Made by a program: the position numbers and the translations under genes
Part shown: positions 1-8,884 of the stretch, one piece after another
How positions within the stretch are numbered: position 1 is the stretch's first letter
How the letters are laid out: every line of letters begins with the position of its first letter
DNA from: a virus
Taxonomy: Duplodnaviria > Heunggongvirae > Uroviricota > Caudoviricetes
DNA: 64,000 nucleotides
Virus record (IMG/VR): IMGVR_UViG_3300037245_002365
Reading direction: 5' to 3' (one strand)
The notes under the pieces: generated by a model
Told to the model about the DNA's origin: nothing
The model's input: only the letters and a program-made list of their open reading frames with translations
Database searches by the model: none

Positions 1-711
1 AGTAACGGAGTACAAAGTAGAAGTATTACTGAGGTAATAGATGATGCTGTTCATGCAGAAGCTTATGCTTATTTTGGAAATTACCAAGAATTGATTGAAG
101 CCTATTTGGAATCAAATGAATCCATACTTATTTTACAAGGCGCTCCCGGATTAGGGAAAACTAGATTTATACGCCAGATTATAAAAGAAGCACATTTTTA
201 TTTAAATAAAGAAGAGGGTAAACTGGTGGGTGTTGGTTATACAACAGACCCCATGATGCTACATGAAGATCAACTATTTATGGACCTGATGCAGGATGAC
301 TTAGATATGTTGGTAATCGAAGATGTAGATAAACAAATAGGATCAAGAAGTAATGGAAATGATACCATGATCAGGCTATTAAATGCTTCAGATGGGTTAG
401 TATCCAATATGAATAAAAAGATCATCTTATCAACAAATTTACCAAATGTTAATTCTGTTGACGAAGCTTTGCTTCGTCCCGGACGTTGTCACAGAATATT
501 AGAGTTTAAGAACTTAAGTGGAGAGCAAGCACTGGCTTTAGCTAGTAAAATAACAGATACTCCAGAAGATGAAATTACTTGCGACATAGACGAAATGACA
601 TTAGCAGACGTTTATAGAAGCTGCAATAAAGTAAATAAGCAAAATGACACTTATGTACTAGAAGAGCACAAAGCAACTTTACCGAATGGTGGCTTTGGCT
701 TTAATAATTAA
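1..711 (+). CDS. AAA+ ATPase (5'-partial; frame open from base 1)
   Basis: Walker A GAPGLGKT, Walker B-like VIEDVD, LLNASDG, STN sensor, DEALLRPGR arginine-finger motif. Confidence 0.85.
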   Translation, partial: SNGVQSRSITEVIDDAVHAEAYAYFGNYQELIEAYLESNESILILQGAPGLGKTRFIRQIIKEAHFYLNKEEGKLVGVGYTTDPMMLHEDQLFMDLMQDDLDMLVIEDVDKQIGSRSNGNDTMIRLLNASDGLVSNMNKKIILSTNLPNVNSVDEALLRPGRCHRILEFKNLSGEQALALASKITDTPEDEITCDIDEMTLADVYRSCNKVNKQNDTYVLEEHKATLPNGGFGFNN

Positions 712-716
712 AATTA

Positions 717-746
717 AAGGGTTCGATGTTGGTGCATCGGACCCTT
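717..746 (+). terminator. Stem-loop after ATPase gene (terminator or processing hairpin)
   Basis: aagggttcgatg / catcggaccctt 12-bp stem with one G-U. Confidence 0.5.
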
Positions 747-777
747 ATATTAACACTTTTTGCTTACCATAAAAAAT

Positions 778-849
778 GCCTAGTTGGGAGAATTGGTTAT
801 CCAGGGGACTGCAAATCCTCGCATGCGAGTTCAAGTCTCGCACTGGGCT
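778..849 (+). tRNA. tRNA-Cys(GCA)
   Basis: Acceptor gcctagt/actgggc, anticodon arm gggga-ctGCAaa-tcctc, T-loop ttcaagt. Confidence 0.93.
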
Positions 850-868
850 CAAGTTAAATATTCTATTT

Positions 869-879
869 TGGTATAAGAA
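869..879 (+). promoter_or_regulatory. TGGTATAAGAA motif (putative promoter), copy 1
   Basis: Identical 11-mer at 4342, 27557, 36351, 46868 and variant at 58853, always intergenic and upstream of + strand genes. Confidence 0.6.
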
Positions 880-906
880 GGTTACGGCCATTTGGCTGTT
901 AAGTTT

Positions 907-982
907 GGGTGCATAGCTCAGCCTGGTTTAGAGCAGGACCCTTTTAAGGTCTTGGCCGGGGGTTCAAATCCCTCTGCGCCCA
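907..982 (+). tRNA. tRNA-Lys(UUU)
   Basis: Full cloverleaf; ggacc-ctTTTaa-ggtct. Confidence 0.95.
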
Positions 983-1007
983 CAATTAATTATAGAAAAG
1001 GAATCAA

Positions 1008-1736
1008 ATGATAAGAGCAAAGGATCTTGTTAAAAGATACAATTTAAAGGTATGTAACCTCAGAACGGTTGCTCCTCTAATTTCAGATATTTATGCAGAA
1101 TTTACTGCAATGTTTGTTGGTGAACAAGTTACTATACATAATTTAGAAGAAATTACTGATAGAAATTGGAATGCAATTACAAAAATGATTTGTGAAGTAA
1201 AAGAGATTGGTAGATTTAAATGTCTTCCTCTAAACATTCATGAAGTTCTAAAAGCAAAAGTAATGCTTCCTATTTATAGTGTTAAATTTGCGAATCTTTC
1301 GGACGAACAGGAAGAATATGCTAAGGTTATGAATAAGGGTAGGCCACCAGCAAAAGTTTACCAAAAACCGAGGCGTCCTGTCGAGGCAATAAATAATCCT
1401 GAGCAAAAAGGAACCTACGACCCAATAAAGCGTGTTGCCAATATACATACTGATGAAGATTTCTTTAGCACAGTTCCAGGTTTTGGAGAAGATATTAAAC
1501 CGGCTCCTATAGAGCTTCCCGGCGGTTTCGGGCTGCTTGGTTTGGATGAAGGTATTTTAGACCTAAGTAATGAAGATGCAAGACAAGCAGTTAAGGATAA
1601 CTTCAGAACACGAATTAAAGTTGCGCATCCAGATAAGGGTGGCAGCAAAAGAATGTCTGAGATGTTATACGATGCTAAGAAACAATGTCTTGACTATCTT
1701 GGTGAAGAAGAAATGCCAGTAAGTGCAACAGAGTAA
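1008..1736 (+). CDS. Protein with C-terminal J-domain-like (DnaJ HPD) segment
   Basis: FRTRIKVAHPDKGGS...L motif near C-terminus. Confidence 0.6.
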   Translation: MIRAKDLVKRYNLKVCNLRTVAPLISDIYAEFTAMFVGEQVTIHNLEEITDRNWNAITKMICEVKEIGRFKCLPLNIHEVLKAKVMLPIYSVKFANLSDEQEEYAKVMNKGRPPAKVYQKPRRPVEAINNPEQKGTYDPIKRVANIHTDEDFFSTVPGFGEDIKPAPIELPGGFGLLGLDEGILDLSNEDARQAVKDNFRTRIKVAHPDKGGSKRMSEMLYDAKKQCLDYLGEEEMPVSATE

Positions 1737-1742
1737 GTAATC

Positions 1743-1817
1743 GGGCCTTTAGCTTAGCCAGGTTAAAGCGTCTAACTCATAATTAGAGGAGCGCTGGTTC
1801 GAATCCAGCAAGGCCCA
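1743..1817 (+). tRNA. tRNA with CAU anticodon (elongator Met or lysidine-type Ile2)
   Basis: Cloverleaf; tctaa-ctCATaa-ttaga; G1-C72 so not an initiator. Confidence 0.9.
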
Positions 1818-1825
1818 CGAATTTT

Positions 1826-2007
1826 AAGGTAAGGTCAGTGTGATATATTTGAATAAGCACAAGATGACTCACTTCTTAACCATAGCTACCCATAGTATAT
1901 GCGTACCTTTTCGGGGATGAAAGCTGAAAGAAAAGGATCAAATGCAGTATATACGATAAGGGATAATAGCCTGTGAGTCGGGACTGATTTGGTATTACCT
2001 TACCCTT
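1826..2007 (+). ncRNA. Unassigned rod-shaped structured RNA candidate
   Basis: Nested pairings ggtaaggt/accttacc, tcagt/actga, gactcac/gtgagtc, gcta/tagc, ccttttc/gaaaagg; no ORF. Confidence 0.5.
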
Positions 2008-2065
2008 TATAAAAATAACATGAGGAATTGTGTTATTTTTAGGTTAAATTTAAAAGAGAGAAAAA

Positions 2066-2551
2066 ATGTTATCAGAACGAATGACTAAGAAGCAGGCTGA
2101 CCTGCTCGAAATAGCTATTGGGATAGCTGTAAAAGCCCACAACGGTGTCATGGATAAATCAGGAACACCTTATATACTGCATCCACTAACTGTCATGCAT
2201 AATGTAGAGGACCCATATAAGAAAATGGCGGCAGTTATGCACGATGTTGTTGAGGATACAGATATGGAACTCAAGGATTTGAAAGAACTTGGATTCCCAC
2301 AAAATGTGATAGATATGGTAGATTCTGTTAGTAGAAAACCTGATGGTGAAACATACTGGGAATTTATTGCCAGATGCGCAAAGAATCCAGACGCCATTGA
2401 GATCAAAGAACAGGACATTTACCACAATACTTCTTGGGACAGAGTAATGCTTTTAGACGACCCAGAAAAGTATTTAAGTCTGCAGAAAAAGTATGGTAAA
2501 GCACTAATAATATTAAGAGCCGCAAAGAAAGAATTGATTGAAGGCAAATAA
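2066..2551 (+). CDS. HD-domain (p)ppGpp hydrolase-like protein (SpoT/Mesh1-type small alarmone hydrolase)
   Basis: AH..V.DKSGTPYILHP, AAVMHDVVEDT, K..D..HN motifs. Confidence 0.85.
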   Translation: MLSERMTKKQADLLEIAIGIAVKAHNGVMDKSGTPYILHPLTVMHNVEDPYKKMAAVMHDVVEDTDMELKDLKELGFPQNVIDMVDSVSRKPDGETYWEFIARCAKNPDAIEIKEQDIYHNTSWDRVMLLDDPEKYLSLQKKYGKALIILRAAKKELIEGK

Positions 2552-2564
2552 CCAAGAGTAAATA

Positions 2565-2861
2565 ATGACTGAAGATGTAACAAAACTAAAGATTGAAACA
2601 GAGCACATTGAGTATATTGTGAATGCCTGCAACGCAGAAGAGGCTTTTACTGAAATACTCGATTCCGATAAACGGGATAAAGCGGAATTAGCCGAACTAG
2701 ACGCATTAGAAGATACATTACGTGTATCTCTAGAGCAACTAGTTGGTTATACCGGCGATTTCTTTGCAGGACTAAGACACACCCATGCTTGGATACAAGG
2801 CAGGATTGAGTACTTAGAAAATGAATTCTCTTCCGAGGAAGAAGAGGTAGAAGGGGCGTAA
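2565..2861 (+). CDS. Hypothetical acidic protein
   Basis: ORF with upstream purine-rich RBS. Confidence 0.6.
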   Translation: MTEDVTKLKIETEHIEYIVNACNAEEAFTEILDSDKRDKAELAELDALEDTLRVSLEQLVGYTGDFFAGLRHTHAWIQGRIEYLENEFSSEEEEVEGA

Positions 2862-2922
2862 TGAAGGGCTTGTTTGAAACTCCAGAATGTTATCGATTAA
2901 TAACAAAAAAGGAGAAATAAAA

Positions 2923-3168
2923 ATGAGTAACCCATATTACAGCCCAGAGGCATATAACCTAGAAATATTTTGTGAAATTGATAATTATCAAGATGATTAT
3001 GGATTTGATCTAGAAGTTGTTTGGAAGCAGATAGATGCAGAAATGTACTATTACGCTGCTGACAGCGGATGTTCATGCCCATCACCATTTGAGGATTTTG
3101 GTGGACCAGAAACATTAGAGGGAATATGTAAGAAAGACGCTGAAAGGCGTCAACGTGAATGGAGATAA
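2923..3168 (+). CDS. Hypothetical protein (DSGCSCPSPFE motif)
   Basis: RBS aaggag precedes ATG 2923 within ORF 2887..3168. Confidence 0.6.
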   Translation: MSNPYYSPEAYNLEIFCEIDNYQDDYGFDLEVVWKQIDAEMYYYAADSGCSCPSPFEDFGGPETLEGICKKDAERRQREWR

Positions 3169-3232
3169 CACTCCATATCTCATGTGCCTAGTGTACAAAG
3201 AGTTGGGTACCCGTTCTGCGGGTACCTTCTTC

Positions 3233-3323
3233 GGAAGGTTGGCGGAGTCTGGTTTATCGCGGTGCTCTTGAAAAGCACTAGCCCGAGTGATCGGGCTCGT
3301 GGGTTCAAATCCCACACCTTCCT
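3233..3323 (+). tRNA. tRNA-Ser(UGA)
   Basis: gtgct-ctTGAaa-agcac, long variable arm gcccga/cgggc, T-arm gtggg-ttcaaat-cccac. Confidence 0.93.
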
Positions 3324-3346
3324 CAAAACAATAACCAAAAATAAGA

Positions 3347-3808
3347 ATGAAATTTACAATTTATTATAATGTGACTAACGGCGGAGATGGCAGTGCTTAT
3401 CCTAGTTTCTATGAAAGCATGGAATTAGCAGACTGGGTTGAAGACCATGAAGATGAGGGCTGGGGAGAATCTTCCACAGGCAGCATAGTGGTTAAAAGCA
3501 ATAGTCCCATTACTTGTAGCGAAAAAATGACAACTAAAGAAGCCTTTCTAATAGACAGGTACTTTGATACATATGACTATGACCGTAAAGAAGACGAACG
3601 AAATGAATTTATGGAAAAATTCTTTCCAGACGGATTGCCTACATTCACTGTGATTACGGAAGAAATTAATGATGATCCTGAATATATGTATTTAAGAAAC
3701 AATATATTTGCGGATGGAGAGAAAATTGCTAGTGAATGGCAGAACAGAGAAAAATCCGGAAAAGTTTTTGAAGATTTTCTGAACACAGGAAACCGAGAAG
3801 AGAAATGA
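3347..3808 (+). CDS. Hypothetical protein
   Basis: 153-aa ORF in + strand gene run. Confidence 0.65.
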   Translation: MKFTIYYNVTNGGDGSAYPSFYESMELADWVEDHEDEGWGESSTGSIVVKSNSPITCSEKMTTKEAFLIDRYFDTYDYDRKEDERNEFMEKFFPDGLPTFTVITEEINDDPEYMYLRNNIFADGEKIASEWQNREKSGKVFEDFLNTGNREEK

Positions 3809-3833
3809 AATGGAAAAGATGGGTTGATTAATC

Positions 3834-4133
3834 ATGGGAACATTTGGAAACAGACAGACTCTTCATGAACATGAGGAAGAAATAAAAAGACTCAGCGAAT
3901 CAGGCCACGAAGGGCGTAGACAGCCCCCACAGCCTCCGATACTGCCTTACGAAGAGTGTTGGGCAAAACATGAACCAGCGTTTGAACATATGGACATAAT
4001 GGAACTAGCTATGCTAATTTCAGCATCTTCAAAATCAAAAGACCCAAGTGATATTACCTTTAACAGGGCTATCCATTGGGAAATAAAATTGAGGAGCCAA
4101 AAACGCGGAAAGTATGCGGAGGAGAAGCAGTGA
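3834..4133 (+). CDS. Hypothetical protein
   Basis: 99-aa ORF. Confidence 0.55.
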   Translation: MGTFGNRQTLHEHEEEIKRLSESGHEGRRQPPQPPILPYEECWAKHEPAFEHMDIMELAMLISASSKSKDPSDITFNRAIHWEIKLRSQKRGKYAEEKQ

Positions 4134-4388
4134 GTAGACATGAAATATGCGACTGTATGTGCCATTCAAGTGAATATGTAAAACACGTAATGCCTTGTTG
4201 CACTACATGTCCGGTTTGTAAGCAACATATTCATTATATGTATGCAAAAGAACATAAAAAAATACATGAAGATACATTACAAATGTTCAACACAAAAAGC
4301 GAAAACGACGACGACAACTAAACTGACAAATTACTGGATTTTGGTATAAGAACAATAGTCAAGTTGACGTAAATTTGCGAGGTGTTCC

Positions 4389-4655
4389 ATGGAAGTTATA
4401 TTTATGGCACTTTTATATTTAGGATTAATGGGGACGTTAATCGCAGCAGCAGTGTGGCGTATCACACGTAAGAACAAAAAATTATTGGTAAGTGAAAAGG
4501 AACGGTGGAACGGTGGAAAGTGTTTAAACTGTGGCGAATCTATTACGGTGAAGAAATTTTACCCAAATAGAAATGTCAAATATAAATGCATTCGCTGTTA
4601 TACAACGGCCCTATTCACTTTACCTATAAAATTACTTAAAGATAAAGATAAATAA
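4389..4655 (+). CDS. Membrane-anchored Zn-ribbon-like protein
   Basis: N-terminal TM segment, CxxC...CxxC; downstream of TGGTATAAGAA at 4342. Confidence 0.55.
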   Translation: MEVIFMALLYLGLMGTLIAAAVWRITRKNKKLLVSEKERWNGGKCLNCGESITVKKFYPNRNVKYKCIRCYTTALFTLPIKLLKDKDK

Positions 4656-4907
4656 ATGAACGATAAATTAAAAACAGCTATAGGCCTACTAATCATAATT
4701 TGTGGGGTACTATATAGCATATACTTAGGATTCTGGGTATGTATCGCTGGTGGCGCTTGGACCATCATTCAGGTATTAACTGGTGCACTCACAGGATCGC
4801 TTAAATTAATTGGTTGGGCTCTTGCTAAGATATTATTTGGTGGAATGGTCGGAAGCATTCTTGGCTGGACCAGTGTCTTCGCAGGCAAATATATCATGGA
4901 CGCTTAA
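4656..4907 (+). CDS. Small membrane protein
   Basis: 2-3 hydrophobic helices. Confidence 0.6.
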   Translation: MNDKLKTAIGLLIIICGVLYSIYLGFWVCIAGGAWTIIQVLTGALTGSLKLIGWALAKILFGGMVGSILGWTSVFAGKYIMDA

Positions 4908-4954
4908 CTAAAAGCATTTCGCCCTTGTAGTTCAATAGGATAGAACCCAAGTCT

Positions 4955-5449
4955 TTGAAGAAACAAGTTAAAAAACAAAAGGAGCCCTCTAAGTGGAAGG
5001 TTCAAAAGATTATCAAAAAAGGTGATTATAATTATGTGTTATTACCAGAACATCCCAATGCTACAAACAATGGTTATGTTTTGGAACACAGGGTTGTAAT
5101 GGAAAAGCATCTTAATAGGCTTTTGAACTCAAAGGAAGTTGTACATCATAAAAACGGCAATAAGAAGCAAAATGGTGTAGCAAATTTAGAAATTTTAGAT
5201 AAAGTAGAACATACAAAAAATCACCAAAAGCACAGAACTACTTCAATGATAAAATTGCAGTGCCCAAGTTGTAAAAAGGAATTTGATAGAAGAAAAGGAC
5301 AAACCCATCTACAGAAACCCCAAACTTGGACAGCTTGTTCTAGAAGTTGCAGAGGAAAGTTTTCTAGATTAATACAACTTCAAGGAAAAACCTTAGAGGT
5401 GGACAGGGCTATATCGGGGAACGTCCTCCAAGAATATGTCTTGGGATAA
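4955..5449 (+). CDS. Intron-encoded HNH homing endonuclease
   Basis: GYVLEHRVVME...VVHHKNGNK..N...NL HNH core plus C-terminal CxxC...CSxxC; start codon uncertain. Confidence 0.85.
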   Translation: MKKQVKKQKEPSKWKVQKIIKKGDYNYVLLPEHPNATNNGYVLEHRVVMEKHLNRLLNSKEVVHHKNGNKKQNGVANLEILDKVEHTKNHQKHRTTSMIKLQCPSCKKEFDRRKGQTHLQKPQTWTACSRSCRGKFSRLIQLQGKTLEVDRAISGNVLQEYVLG

Positions 5450-5574
5450 TCCCGAGCAAACTATGATAATAGGATGCGTAGAGGCCATACGCCCTGCAGC
5501 TGAAACGCTGAAGAGATGGTCCAGACCACAATACTTTAAAAGTAGTTAGTAAATGGAAAATCTAATGTGGTAGG
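4956..5574 (+). mobile_element. Group I intron with HNH ORF
   Basis: 5' exon ends in U, intron ends in G; P3 cagggc(5404)/gccctg(5491), P4 tcggg/cccga, P7 ggcca(5483)/tggtc(5517), P8 cagc/gctg, P9 accaca/tgtggt. Confidence 0.85.
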
Positions 5575-5728
5575 CTAAACTTGTAATCCCGGTTCGAGTC
5601 CGGGTAAGGGTACAAAAATAGGAAAAATAAAATGGACGTTTCATCAGCACTCGTATGTGTAATGCTATGGATAGCATTCATAACGATCGTAATGTTGGTA
5701 ATACCAACAACTAAACGGAAAGGTTATA

Positions 5729-6031
5729 ATGGCTAAAGAAAATAAAGTAGTTTGTCCTTCACAAGAGGAACTGCCTAATAACGAGGTAATTTGGCAGGGA
5801 ACTGTTGACGGAATACCTTGCAGAATAGTTTTAGGATTTAGATGGAGATTGCTACACGGCGCAGACGCGTATGAAGCCACGCCATTTTATACTTTTGAGT
5901 TGGCGAAAGAGCGGGACGCAATGCTGGAGTTGAGGTATACCGAAGCACCTAAAAGCGATATACCGGCTGAATTTATTCAAGAAGCTGCTGAAGCTTTACG
6001 AATTCAAAAAAGAAAGGTAAATGATGGCTAG
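5729..6031 (+). CDS. Hypothetical protein
   Basis: 100-aa ORF with RBS. Confidence 0.6.
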   Translation: MAKENKVVCPSQEELPNNEVIWQGTVDGIPCRIVLGFRWRLLHGADAYEATPFYTFELAKERDAMLELRYTEAPKSDIPAEFIQEAAEALRIQKRKVNDG

Positions 6032-6182
6032 ACAAAACAGACCAATGAAATACAATAAACCGTCTCCAAAGACAACCACAAGTGGTTGTGGTCACGGCGG
6101 TTCCAAAGAGGGCAAAACCAACAAAAAAGGTAGCCTTAAAAAGTATTGCGGTGGTGGCGGACCAAAAAGAAGAAAACACTAA
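6021..6182 (+). CDS. Small basic Lys/Gly-rich protein (53 aa, not in ORF track)
   Basis: RBS aaaggt; MMARQNRPMKYNKP...KKYCGGGGPKRRKH*. Confidence 0.55.
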   Translation: MMARQNRPMKYNKPSPKTTTSGCGHGGSKEGKTNKKGSLKKYCGGGGPKRRKH

Positions 6183-6188
6183 GTTTTC

Positions 6189-6274
6189 GGTGAGGTGGCC
6201 GAGTGGTCGATGGCAGCGGACTGTAAATCCGCCGGGTGTAATGCCCCTCGTAAGTTCGAATCTTACTCTCACCA
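6189..6274 (+). tRNA. tRNA-Tyr(GUA)
   Basis: gcgga-ctGTAaa-tccgc, long variable arm, acceptor ggtgagg/tctcacc. Confidence 0.95.
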
Positions 6275-6359
6275 CAAACGCAATTTTCCCGGCGTGTATT
6301 GCTATACGCAAAATACAAAGAACTTGCTTCAGGGATAAAACATTAAACCAGAAAAAACA

Positions 6360-6890
6360 ATGAAAGTTATAAACTTATTTGCAGGGCCTGGAATTGGCAA
6401 GTCTACAACAGCGGCCGGGGTTTTCTGGAAAATGAAAACACTTGGTTTTAAAGTTGAGCTTGTTACAGAATTCGCTAAGGGTCTTGTATACGCTAATGAT
6501 ATAAAATTACGTGATCAGTTATACGTATTCGCTAAACAAAATTGGAGATTATCAGTATTAGAGGGACAGGTTGATTATGCAATCACCGACTCACCACTTA
6601 TACTGAGCAATATCTATTTTGATAAACTAGACACTATGTATTCTGAAGAGTATTTTAAACCATTAGTTAAAGATACATTTGACCATTATTGGAATATCAA
6701 TTTCTTTATGAATAGAGATACTGAGACACACCCATATCAAAAGTATGGTAGAACTCAGACTTTAGAAGAAGCAAAAGAGATTGATGACAAAATAATGGAA
6801 TACTTGACCACTGAAGACATCATGTGGCATGACATAACGGTTGCAACTGCCGTCGATAATATTATCGAGGTAGTGCATCCACCGACGTAA
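6360..6890 (+). CDS. P-loop kinase/ATPase (NadR-kinase-like AAA_28 type)
   Basis: NLFAGPGIGKSTTAA, E+VTEFAK, ITDSPL, RxQT..EA motifs. Confidence 0.75.
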   Translation: MKVINLFAGPGIGKSTTAAGVFWKMKTLGFKVELVTEFAKGLVYANDIKLRDQLYVFAKQNWRLSVLEGQVDYAITDSPLILSNIYFDKLDTMYSEEYFKPLVKDTFDHYWNINFFMNRDTETHPYQKYGRTQTLEEAKEIDDKIMEYLTTEDIMWHDITVATAVDNIIEVVHPPT

Positions 6891-6906
6891 ACGAAAGGAA
6901 ACAAAA

Positions 6907-7578
6907 ATGCGTAATACTCGCTTATTTGTTTTTGCAATGATTGCTATGTTGTTCGCAACACTGGCATTTCCAACTGAACTCGATGCACAACGCCGTGGCG
7001 GTAGCAGATCACGCTCCACCAGAACACGGGTTTCACGACCCAAGACTGTAAAAGCCCCAAAGGTTACAGCAAAGAAAGCTACGACCAAAAAAGCTACCTC
7101 TGCAACAAGAGGAAGTAAAGCAACGGTGAAACGTAGCGCAACCGATCAAAAGTCTTTTAATAAGGCCAAAGCGAATGGTACTGCTTACAAGAGCAAAGCC
7201 GAAGCAACTTCAGCCTTTAAGACAAAAAACGCAGCGAAATATCCAGCAAAATACACCAGTAAACCAGCTACACGACCAGACCATATACCACAATCAACCT
7301 CTGTTGGTGGAAACACATATAATGTGTCATACAATCAAGGGATGGGTGGATACGGTTACATGGGAATATCGGGCTCGTGGATGATGTATAGTGCGATGAC
7401 TGATGTAATAATGCTAAGTACACTAATGTCCAGGAATAATTACTATTATGATCCAGTGGTCGCAGGAGCACCTGTAGCCGTGGTTCGTACCAGTAATGGG
7501 CCCGCTACACTTTTTGGTATTATTGTGATATTGGTTGTTATACTCTATTGCGTCAAATTCTTGAAAGACGACCTTTAA
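6907..7578 (+). CDS. Exported/membrane protein with Lys/Thr/Ala-rich low-complexity region
   Basis: Signal peptide-like N-terminus, C-terminal TM helix; first gene of PspA/channel cluster. Confidence 0.65.
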   Translation: MRNTRLFVFAMIAMLFATLAFPTELDAQRRGGSRSRSTRTRVSRPKTVKAPKVTAKKATTKKATSATRGSKATVKRSATDQKSFNKAKANGTAYKSKAEATSAFKTKNAAKYPAKYTSKPATRPDHIPQSTSVGGNTYNVSYNQGMGGYGYMGISGSWMMYSAMTDVIMLSTLMSRNNYYYDPVVAGAPVAVVRTSNGPATLFGIIVILVVILYCVKFLKDDL

Positions 7579-7580
7579 TC

Positions 7581-8174
7581 ATGAGCAATGATAAAGTAAC
7601 CGACTTTACAAGTATCAAGCCTGGGCAAACGATTACTTTATCAGACCAAGGGACCCTCTCTACAGCAATGGAGAGGGGCCTTGGTGCTAGTCCACAGGAT
7701 TATGAAGTAGTTGAAGTCACTACAGTCATTTTTGCTCGTGGGTTACAGTACACGCTTATTGATATAACCAATGCTAATGAAAATTTATTAGTAGTAATCA
7801 AGCAAACGGATGGAATTTTTGATTTATATGTCTATTTTCAGCCGGTAGATTTTGATCCGGGCAATAGGGTAGACATGTATAAATACGGTACTGATTTCAT
7901 GTTTGTAGAGGAAGATCTGGGAGACGATCCTGATGGATTGACGTATGCAGAAGTGATTGAGGTAGATGGTGTAGATCTTACACAAAAATCACCAATGTCC
8001 TTCACGACTAATATGACATCAACAGTGTTTGACGATCCATTAATAGTGGGTATCATTGAGTATAACACAGCGGAAGAAATGGATTACCAAAATATGTTAA
8101 TAACAGAATTTGGTGAACTGTTGTGTGTATATCAGGGTTCTGGTATCAACGCTGAAGAAATTGAAATCCTTTAA
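7581..8174 (+). CDS. Acidic protein, possibly DUF4178/YjfK-like PspA partner
   Basis: ATG 7581 within ORF 7548..8174; position directly before PspA-like gene; family call is contextual. Confidence 0.4.
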   Translation: MSNDKVTDFTSIKPGQTITLSDQGTLSTAMERGLGASPQDYEVVEVTTVIFARGLQYTLIDITNANENLLVVIKQTDGIFDLYVYFQPVDFDPGNRVDMYKYGTDFMFVEEDLGDDPDGLTYAEVIEVDGVDLTQKSPMSFTTNMTSTVFDDPLIVGIIEYNTAEEMDYQNMLITEFGELLCVYQGSGINAEEIEIL

Positions 8175-8193
8175 TAAATAGGAAGAAATACAA

Positions 8194-8862
8194 ATGAGTT
8201 TCTGGAAAACAGTAAAGAATCTCGGCCGAAAAGCGGCCAAAGAAGCTGACAAAGCTTTGAAAGACCCGGCACTTGACATGGAATTTGCTATTGAAGATAG
8301 TAAAAAGAAAGTCGAAGAGTTTCGGGGACAAGTATCAAAACTGAACGCTCATAAGAACGTTCAAACCAAGCACCTTCATGCTAAAGAGAGTAAACAAGCT
8401 TCTTTGGAAGTCTTGCTACTCAAGGCGGATGAAGCTGGTAACGAAGACGACGTAGCAACTATTGTTGCACAAATCGAAGTACTCGAAACGGACATTGAAC
8501 AGTTGAAACAACAAATTTCAACTACTGAAAAAGATGTGGATGCCGCAAGGGGCCATATCAGGCGTATTCAGCAATCTATTGATGATGCTGAAAACAATAA
8601 AGAGCGCTTGGAAGTTCGTAAAGAGAGTGCAGAAATGCGACAGGATTTGGCAAAATCGGCAGCCGGTATTGCCTCGGAAAACCCTCTTGCATCTCTTGGC
8701 AACTTGGAAAAAGAGGTGGAAGAGCAAGAAGCCCTTGCTGAATCTTTGGAAGAGGAAGGCTCCCTTACAGACGCTAGCAAGGTTGAAACCTTGGAAGAGA
8801 AGTATGCGGAAAAAACCTCAGCTTCTGACAGAATTGCCAAACTTAAGGCAAAACAAAAGTAA
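8194..8862 (+). CDS. pspA: PspA/IM30 (Vipp1) family protein
   Basis: MSFWK..., DP...+E.AIED, long coiled coil, 222 aa, LEEKY...RIAKLK C-terminus. Confidence 0.75.
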   Translation: MSFWKTVKNLGRKAAKEADKALKDPALDMEFAIEDSKKKVEEFRGQVSKLNAHKNVQTKHLHAKESKQASLEVLLLKADEAGNEDDVATIVAQIEVLETDIEQLKQQISTTEKDVDAARGHIRRIQQSIDDAENNKERLEVRKESAEMRQDLAKSAAGIASENPLASLGNLEKEVEEQEALAESLEEEGSLTDASKVETLEEKYAEKTSASDRIAKLKAKQK

Positions 8863-8884
8863 CTAAACTAACGATTGGAGTATA

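Larger units (their letters stand above)
4921..5612 (+). tRNA. tRNA-Arg(UCU), split by a group I intron (exons 4921..4955 and 5575..5612)
   Basis: Joined exons give gcccttg/taagggt acceptor, caagt-ctTCTaa-acttg anticodon arm, cccgg-ttcgagt-ccggg T-arm. Confidence 0.85.
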
